DNA of 64,000 nucleotides from Eledone cirrhosa (taxonomy: Eukaryota): contig CAXHJY010000105.1 of NCBI GenBank assembly GCA_964016885.1, positions 62,001 through 126,000 on the forward strand, given 5' to 3'. Positions 56,492 to 64,000 of the stretch are shown here, in pieces. Made by a program: the position numbers and the translations under genes. Under the pieces are notes generated by a model. The model had not been told where the DNA came from. It worked only from the letters and a program-made list of their open reading frames with translations, and ran no database searches. Position 1 is the stretch's first letter. Each line of letters starts with the position of its first letter.

Positions 56492-56645
56492 ATGGCCCCA
56501 GAGAGGAAGGTAAAACAGGTGTGTGTGGTGACAGGTGGAGCAGGCTTCCTTGGACAACATATAGTACATCTTTTACAAACGACAGCTGATGCTGACGTGC
56601 GTGAGGTGCGCACCTTTGATATACGACCCTTAAACAAGTTTCTTG
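56492..56645 (+). CDS. HSD3B: 3-beta-hydroxysteroid dehydrogenase/isomerase family protein (extended SDR), first coding exon
   Basis: MAPERKVKQVCVVTGGAGFLGQHIVHLLQTTADADVREVRTFDIRPLNKFL contains the Rossmann TGGxGFLG motif and an acidic residue after beta-B (RTFD), typical of NAD-preferring 3-beta-HSDs. Good Kozak context (GACATGG). Phase-1 donor G|GTTTGT at 56,646. The exact orthogroup (HSD3B1/2-, HSD3B7- or other-like) cannot be resolved here. Confidence 0.88.
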
Positions 56646-56778
56646 GTTTGTATAGCAGTGATTCTTATATTAACTCTTTGATAGATTTTGTTTCTTCTTT
56701 TACTGGTTCCAACTCTGGATTTTGGTTCATGTTGTGGCATGTGATCCATATATATCAACATGTGTGAATGGAGACTCA

Positions 56779-56945
56779 CATCATCGTTGTTTAACATCCA
56801 TTTTCCACACTAGCATGGGTTAGATGTGCTGTCCCATTGAGAAAAGGCAGTTGCTCACACACAACTAATTTTGGCTTGGTTTCTATGACAGGATGCCCTT
56901 CCTAATGGCAACCATATTTAGTGTGGACTGGGTGCTATTTGTCAT
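56779..56945 (-). mobile_element. Degenerate interspersed-repeat fragment (SINE/LINE 3' end with GAT-type tail)
   Basis: The minus strand ends ...ACCCATGCTAGTGTGGAAAATGGATGTTAAACAACGATGATG, and the + strand contains GGATGCCCTTCCTAATGGCAACCA. These match my recollection of a very abundant Octopus repeat; not searched, boundaries approximate. Confidence 0.5.
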
Positions 56946-56968
56946 GACACCTTCACTTCCACTTTACA

Positions 56969-57030
<62 letters not shown>

Positions 57031-57034
57031 TATA
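56969..57034. repeat. Compound microsatellite (GT)10 followed by (AT)n
   Basis: Read directly. Confidence 0.95.
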
Positions 57035-57205
57035 ATCAAGGTTTAGCAGATAAGAAAAAGTTTTAAAATAAATTTTAAAAAGTTCACTGTACTTACTATG
57101 GTTACCTTTACCGCATGATTTCAAGTCTCAAAATAAATGAATAATCCATGCGGACCGCCATTGAGAAGAAGACTTTCGTCAATGTATATTTTCATTATTT
57201 TCATT

Positions 57206-57232
57206 TATATATAAATATATATATATATATAT
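57206..57232. repeat. Imperfect (AT)n microsatellite just upstream of the acceptor
   Basis: tatatataaatatatatatatatatat read directly. Confidence 0.85.
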
Positions 57233-57262
57233 AACTAAGCTATTTATTTTTTATCATTGCAG

Positions 57263-57427
57263 ACTACCAAGAGAGTATTAGTATCCAGCACATCATTGGC
57301 GATGTCACCAACTATACAGACATCCTGCAGGCAGTAGATGGTGCTGATGTCATATATCATGTGGCTGGTGTTGTCAGTTATGGCACAACACCAGATTTGG
57401 AACTGATGCAGAGAGTTAACGTTACAG
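57263..57427 (+). CDS. HSD3B: 3-beta-HSD family gene, second coding exon (165 bp)
   Basis: (D)YQESISIQHIIGDVTNYTDILQAVDGADVIYHVAGVVSYGTTPDLELMQRVNVT(G) contains the GDV, DVIYHxA and VNVxG motifs of extended SDRs. Acceptor TTGCAG| and donor ACAG|GTAATT at 57,428. The catalytic YxxxK exon(s) are not in the window. Confidence 0.92.
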
Positions 57428-57440
57428 GTAATTTGAGAAA

Positions 57441-57548
57441 TAATTGTTTCTACTTTTGGCACAAGGCCAGCAATTATCTCAGTGTATTACTGGTACTTTA
57501 TTTTATCGACCCCGTAAGGATGAAAGGCAAAGTCAACCTCAGCGGAAA
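57441..57548 (-). mobile_element. Partial SINE (central domain and 3' end, with internal deletion)
   Basis: The minus strand reads TTCCGCTGAGGTTGACTTTGCCTTTCATCCTTACGGGGTCGATAAAATAAAGTACCAGT...GCTGGCCTTGTGCCAAAAGTAGAAACAATTA. This matches my recollection of a high-copy Octopus tRNA-derived SINE; not searched. Confidence 0.6.
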
Positions 57549-57596
57549 ATGACAAGGTATTAGAGATGGTGGGACTAATTAGCTGCAAACTACTTG

Positions 57597-60500
57597 GGTT
57601 CACTGGTGTGTGTCTGTGTGTGGTGTGTATATAGTTAGGTTCACTGGTGTGTGTCTGTGGTGTGTATATAGTTAGGTTCACTGGTGTGTGTCTGTGTGTG
57701 GTGTGTATATAGTTAGGTTCACTGGTGTGTGTCTGTGTGGTGTGTATATAGTTAGGTTCACTGGTGTGTGTCTGTGGTGTGTATATAGTTAGGTTCACTG
57801 GTGTGTGTCTGTGGTGTGTATATAGTTAGGTTCACTGGTGTGTGTCTGTGTGTGGTGTGTAGATAGTTAGGTTCACTGGTGTGTGTCTGTGGTGTGTATA
57901 TAGTTAGGTTCACTGGTGTGTGTCTGTGTGTGGTGTGTAGATAGTTAGGTTCACTGGTGTGTGTCTGTGTGTGGTGTGTATATAGTTAGGTTCACTGGTG
58001 TGTGTGTGGTGTGTATATAGTTAGGTTCACTGGTGTGTGTCTGTGTGTGGTGTGTATATAGTTAGGTTCACTGGTGTGTGTCTGTGTGGAGTGTATATAG
58101 TTAGGTTCACTGGTGTGTGTCTGTGTGGAGTGTATATAGTTAGGTTCACTGGTGTGTCTGTGTGGTGTGTAGATAGTTAGGTTCACTGGTGTGTGTCTGT
58201 GTGTGGTGTGTATATAGTTAGGTTCACTGGTGTGTGTGTGGTGTGTATATAGTTAGGTTCACTGGTGTGTGTCTGTGTGTGGTGTGTATATAGTTAGGTT
58301 CACTGGTGTGTGTCTGTGTGTGGTGTGTAGATAGTTAGGTTCACTGGTGTGTGTCTGTGTGTGGTGTGTAGCTAGTTAGGTTCACTGGTGTGTGTCTGTG
58401 TGTGGTGTGTAGATAGTTAGGTTCACTGGTGTGTGTCTGTGTGGTGTATAGATAGTTAGGTTCACTAGTGTGTGTCTGTGTGTGGTGTGTAGATAGTTAG
58501 GTTCACTGGTGTGTGTCTGTGTGGTGTGTAGATAGTTAGGTTCACTGGTGTGTGTCTGTGTGGTGTGTAGATAGTTAGGCTCACTGGTGTGTGTCTGTGT
58601 GTGGTGTGTAGATAGTTAGGTTCACTGGTGTGTGTCTGTCTGGTGTGTGGATAGTTAGGTTCACTGGTGTGTGTCTGTGTGGTGTGTAGATAGTTAGGTT
58701 CACTGGTGTGTGTCTGTGTGTGGTGTGTAGATAGTTAGGTTCACTGGTGTGTGTCTGTGTGGTGTGTATATATTAGGTTCACTGGTGTGTGTCTGTGTGG
58801 TGTGTGGATAGTTAGGTTCACTGGTATGTGTCTGTGTGTGGTGTGTAGATAGTTAGGTTCACTGGTGTGTGTCTGTGTGTGGTGTGTATATAGTTAGGTT
58901 CACTGGTGTGTGTGTGGTGTGTATATAGTTAGGTTCACTGGTGTGTGTCTGTGTGTGGTGTGTATATAATTAGGTTCACTGGTGTGTGTGTGGTGTGTAT
59001 ATAGTTAGGTTCAATGGTATGTGTCTGTGTGTGGTGTGTAGATAGTTAGGTTCACTGGTGTGTGTCTGTGTGTGGTGTGTATATAGTTAGGTTCACTGGT
59101 GTGTGTGTGGTGTGTATATAGTTAGGTTCACTGTTATGTGTCTGTGTGTGGTGTGTAGATAGTTAGGTTCACTGGTGTGTGTCTGTGTGTGGTGTGTATA
59201 TAGTTAGGTTCACTGGTGTGTGTGTGGTATGTATATAGTTAGGTTCACTGGTGTGTGTCTGTGTGTGGTGTGTATATAGTTAGGTTCACTGGTGTGTCTC
59301 TGTGTGTGGTGTGTATATAGTTAGGGTCACTGGTGTGTGTCTGTGTGTGGTGTGTATATAGTTAGGGTCACTGGTGTGTGTCTGTGTGGTGTGTAGTTAG
59401 TTAGGTTCACTGGTGTGTGTGTGGTGTGTATATAGTTGGGTTCACTGGTGTGTGTCTGTGTGGTGTGTATATAGTTAGGTTCACTGGTGTGTGTCTGTGT
59501 GTGGTGTGTATATAGTTAGGTTCACTGGTGTGTGTCTGTGTGTGGTGTGTATATAGTTAGGTTCACTGGTGTGTGTCTGTGTGTGGTGTGTATATAGTTA
59601 GGTTCACTGGTGTGTGTCTGTGTGGTGTGTATATAGTTAGGTTCACTGGTGTGTGTGTGGTGTGTATATAGTTAGGTTCACTGGTGTGTGTCTCTGTGTG
59701 GTGTGTATATAGCTAGGTTCACTGGTGTGTGTCTGTGTGTGGTGTGTATATAGTTAGCTTCACTGGTGTGTGTCTGTGTGTGGTGTGTATATAGTTAGGT
59801 TCACTGGTGTGTGTCTGTGTGGTGTGTATATAGATAGGTTCACTGGTGTGTGTCTGTGTGTGGTGTGTAGATAGTTAGGTTCACTGGTGTGTGTCTGTGT
59901 GGTGTGTATATAGTTAGGTTCACTGGTGTGTGTCTGTGTGTGGTGTGTATATAGTTAGGTTCACTGGTGTGTGTCTGTGTGTGGTGTGTATATAGTTAGG
60001 TTCACTGGTGTGTCTCTGTGTGTGGTGTGTATATAGTTAGGTTCACTGGTGTGTGTCTGTGTGGTGTGTGGATAGTTAGGTTCACTGGTGTGTGTCTGTG
60101 TGGTGTGTATATAGTTAGGTTCACTGGTGTGTGTCTGTGGTGTGTATATAGTTAGTTTCACTGGTGTGTGTCTGTGTGTAGTGTGTAGATAGTTAGGTTC
60201 ACTGGTGTGTGTCTGTGTGGAGTGTATATAGTTAGGTTCACTGGTGTGTGTCTGTGTGGTGTGTAGATAGTTAGGTTCACTGGTGTGTGTCTGTGTGTGG
60301 TGTGTATATGGTTAGGTTCACTGGTGTGTGTGTGTGTGGTGTGTATATAGTTAGGTTCACTGGTGTGTGTCTGTGTGTGGTGTGTATATAGTTAGGTTCA
60401 CTGGTGTGTGTCTGTGTGTGGTGTGTAGATAGTTAGGTTCACTGGTGTGTGTCTGTGTGTGGTGTGTAGCTAGTTAGGTTCACTGGTGTGTGTCTGTGTG

Positions 60501-63500
60501 TGGTGTGTATATAGTTAGGTTCACTGGTGTGTGTGTGGTGTGTATATAGTTAGGTTCACTGGTGTGTGTCTGTGTGTGGTGTGTATATAGTTAGGTTCAC
60601 TGGTGTGTGTCTGTGGTGTGTAGATAGTTAGGTTCACTGCTGTGTGTCTGTGTGTGGTGTATAGATAGTTAGGTTCACTGGTGTGTGTCTGTGTGTGGTG
60701 TGTAGATAGTTAGGTTCACTGGTGTGTGTCTGTGTGGTGTATAGATAGTTAGGTTCACTGGTGTGTGTCTGTGTGTGGTGTGTAGATAGTTAGGTTCACT
60801 GGTGTGTGTCTGTGTATTGTGTAGATAGTTAGGTTCACTGGTGTGTGTCTGTGTGGTGTGTAGATAGTTAGGCTCACTGGTGTGTGTCTGTGTGTGGTGT
60901 GTACATAGTTAGGTTCACTGGTGTGTGTCTGTGTGGTGTGTGGATATTTAGGTTCACTGGTGTGTGTCTGTGTGGTGTGTAGATAGTTAGGTTCACTGGT
61001 GTGTGTCTGTGTGTGGTGTGTAGATAGTTAGGTTCACTGGTGTGTGTCTGTGTGGTGTGTATATAGTTAGGTTCACTGGTGTGTGTCTGTGTGGTGTGTG
61101 GATAGTTAGGTTCACTGGTGTGTGTCTGTGTGGTGTGTAGATAGTTAGGTTCACTGGTGTGTGTCTGTGTGTGGTGTGTAGATAGTTAGGTTCAGTGGTG
61201 TGTGTCTCTGTGTGGTGTGTATGTAGTTAGGTTCACTGGTGTGTGTCTGTGTGTGGTGTGTAGATAGATAGGTTCACTGGTGTGTGTCTGTGTGTGGTGT
61301 GTATATAGTTAGGTTCACTGGTGTGTGTCTGTGTGGTGTGTATATAGTTAGGTTCACTGGTGTGTGTGTGGTGTGTATATAGTTAGGTTCACTGGTGTGT
61401 GTCTGTGTGTGGTGTGTATATAGCTAGGTTCACTGGTGTGTGTCTGTGTGTGGTGTGTATATAGTTAGCTTCACTGGCGTGTGTCTGTGTGTGGTGTGTA
61501 TATAGTTAGGTTCACTGGTGTGTGTCTGTGTGTTGTGTATATAGATAGGTTCACTGGTGTGTGTCTGTGTGTGGTGTGTAGATAGTTAGGTTCACTTGTG
61601 TGTGTCTGTGTGGTGTGTATATAGTTAGGTTCACTGGTGTGTGTCTGTGTGTGGTGTGTATATAGTTAGGTTCACTGGTGTGTGTCTGTGTGTGGTGTGT
61701 ATATAGTTAGGTTCACTGGTGTGTGTCTGTGTGTGGTGTTTATATAGTTAGGTTCACTGGTGTGTGTCTGTGTGTGGTGTGTATATAGTTAGGTTCACTG
61801 GTGTGTGTCTGTGTGTGGTGTGTAGATAGTTAGTTTCACTGGTGTGTGTCTGTGTGTGGTGTGTAGATAGTTAGGTTCACTGGTGTGTGTCTGTGTGTGG
61901 TGTGTATATAGTTAGGTTCACTGGTGTGTGTCTGTGTGTGGTGTGTATATAGTTAGGTTCACTGGTGTGTCTCTGTGTGTGGTGTGTATATAGTTAGGTT
62001 CACTGGTGTGTGTCTGTGTGGTGTGTGGATAGTTAGGTTCACTGGTGTGTGTCTGTGTGGTGTGTATATAGTTAGGTTCACTGGTGTGTGTCTGTGGTGT
62101 GTATATAGTTAGTTTCACTGGTGTGTGTCTGTGTGTAGTGTGTAGATAGTTAGGTTCACTGGTGTGTGTCTGTGTGGTGTATAGATAGTTAGGTTCACTG
62201 GTGTGTGTCTGTGTGTGGTGTGTAGATAGTTAGGTTCACTGGTGTGTGTCTGTGTATTGTGTAGATAGTTAGGTTCACTGGTGTGTGTCTGTGTGGTGTG
62301 TAGATAGTTAGGCTCACTGGTGTGTGTCTGTGTGTGGTGTGTAGATAGTTAGGTTCACTGGTGTGTGTCTGTGTGGTGTGTGGATATTTAGGTTCACTGG
62401 TGTGTGTCTGTGTGGTGTGTAGATAGTTAGGTTCACTGGTGTGTGTCTGTGTGTGGTGTGTAGATAGTTAGGTTCACTGGTGTGTGTCTGTGTGGTGTGT
62501 ATATAGTTAGGTTCACTGGTGTGTGTCTGTGTGGTGTGTGGATAGTTAGGTTCACTGGTGTGTGTCTGTGTGGTGTGTAGATAGTTAGGTTCACTGGTGT
62601 GTGTCTGTGTGTGGTGTGTAGATAGTTAGGTTCACTGGTGTGTGTCTCTGTGTGGTGTGTATGTAGTTAGGTTCACTGGTGTGTGTCTGTGTGTGGTGTG
62701 TAGATAGATAGGTTCACTGGTGTGTGTCTGTGTGTGGTGTGTATATAGTTAGGTTCACTGGTGTGTGTGTGGTGTGTATATAGTTAGGTTCACTGATGTG
62801 TGTCTGTGTGTGGTGTGTAGATAGTTAGGTTCACTGGTATGTGTCTGTGTGTGGTGTGTAGATAGTTAGGTTCACTGGTATGTGTCTGTGTGTGGTGTGT
62901 ATATAGTTAGGTTCACTGGTGTGTGTGTGGTGTGTATATAGTTAGGCTCACTGGTGTGTGTCTGTGTGTGGTGTGTATATAGTTAGGTTCACTGGTGTGT
63001 GTGTGGTGTGTATATAGTTAGGTTCACTGTTATGTGTCTGTGTGTGGTGTGTAGATAGTTAGGTTCACTGGTGTGTGTCTGTGTGTGGTGTGTATATAGT
63101 TAGGTTCACTGGTGTGTGTGTGGTATGTATATAGTTAGGTTCACTGGTGTGTGTCTGTGTGTGGTGTGTATATAGTTAGGTTCATTGGTGTGTGTCTGTG
63201 TGTGGTGTGTATATAGTTAGGTTCACTGGTGTGTGTCTGTGTGTGGTGTGTATATAGTTAGGTTCACTGATGTGTCTCTGTGTGTGGTGTGTATATAGTT
63301 AGGGTCACTGGTGTGTGTCTGTGTGTGGTGTGTATATAGTTAGGTTCACTGGTGTGTGTCTGTGTGTGGTGTGTATATAGTTAGGTTCACTGGTGTGTGT
63401 CTGTGTGTGGTGTGTAGATAGTTAGGTTCACTGGTGTGTGTCTGTGTGTGGTGTGTAGCTAGTTAGGTTCACTGGTGTGTGTCTGTGTGTGGTGTGTAGA

Positions 63501-64000
63501 TAGTTAGGTTCACTGGTGTGTGTCTGTGTGGTGTATAGATAGTTAGGTTCACTAGTGTGTGTCTGTGTGTGGTGTGTAGATAGTTAGGTTCACTGGTGTG
63601 TGTCTGTGTGGTGTGTAGATAGTTAGGTTCACTGGTGTGTGTCTGTGTGGTGTGTAGATAGTTAGGCTCACTGGTGTGTGTCTGTGTGTGGTGTGTAGAT
63701 AGTTAGGTTCACTGGTGTGTGTCTGTCTGGTGTGTGGATAGTTAGGTTCACTGGTGTGTGTCTGTGTGGTGTGTAGATAGTTAGGTTCACTGGTGTGTGT
63801 CTGTGTGTGGTGTGTAGATAGTTAGGTTCACTGGTGTGTGTCTGTGTGGTGTGTATATATTAGGTTCACTGGTGTGTGTCTGTGTGGTGTGTGGATAGTT
63901 AGGTTCACTGGTATGTGTCTGTGTGTGGTGTGTAGATAGTTAGGTTCACTGGTGTGTGTCTGTGTGTGGTGTGTATATAGTTAGGTTCACTGGTGTGTGT
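57597..64000. repeat. Intronic GT-rich minisatellite, unit 35-41 bp (GGTTCACTGGTGTGTGTCTG(TG)nGTGTGTAKATAGTTA), roughly 160 copies; open at the right window edge
   Basis: Read directly. Unit length changes in 2-bp steps through an embedded (TG)n. Starts about 170 bp after the donor at 57,428. Confidence 0.98.

Larger units (their letters stand above)
56646..57262 (+). other. Phase-1 GT-AG intron (617 bp) of the 3-beta-HSD-like gene
   Basis: Starts GTTTGT, ends TTTATTTTTTATCATTGCAG. Splicing gives G+AC = Asp and keeps the reading frame. Confidence 0.88.

Noticed and set aside
56646-56767. C-terminal part of the 91-aa ORF, and likewise the tail of ORF 57,361-57,552
   Set aside because: Both are read-through into introns past clear GT donors, and family similarity stops at the donors.
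56410-57462. Minus-strand ORFs of 75, 60 and 72 aa
   Set aside because: They are antisense to the HSD exons or run through (AT)n/(GT)n microsatellites.
57487-62118. Repetitive His/Thr-rich minus-strand ORFs (HTSEPNYIHTTQT)
   Set aside because: These are translation artefacts of 39-bp minisatellite units; neighbouring 35, 37 and 41-bp units break the frame.
57597-64000. Telomeric repeat (TTAGG in each unit, occasional TTAGGG)
   Set aside because: There is one isolated pentamer per roughly 40 bp and it is never tandem, so this is not a telomere tract.

Overview
Eukaryotic (animal) genomic DNA, about 97% tandem repeat. Positions 1-55,688 are one uninterrupted satellite of about 1,500 copies of a 37-bp monomer (CATTCCACTACTYTAYAGGAAGTTACTAACACTCYTT), with nested multi-kb internal duplications and a degenerate right end. 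It abuts a decayed CR1/L2-group LINE reverse-transcriptase fragment (55,689-56,366). Next come the first two coding exons of a 3-beta-hydroxysteroid dehydrogenase (extended SDR) gene on the + strand (56,492-56,645 and 57,263-57,427). The following intron holds a second, GT-rich 35-41-bp minisatellite running to the window end. Two short interspersed-repeat fragments resemble, from memory only, common Octopus SINE-type elements, so a cephalopod source is plausible but unverified. The most unusual observation is that the 37-bp monomer, on the gene's sense strand, reads as a complete 3' splice-site cassette: TACTAAC branch point, AG-free pyrimidine tract, YAG|G. The ATG exon also has its own splice acceptor, so the array may lie inside a giant 5' intron. 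No CRISPR array, rRNA, tRNA or prokaryotic system is supported.
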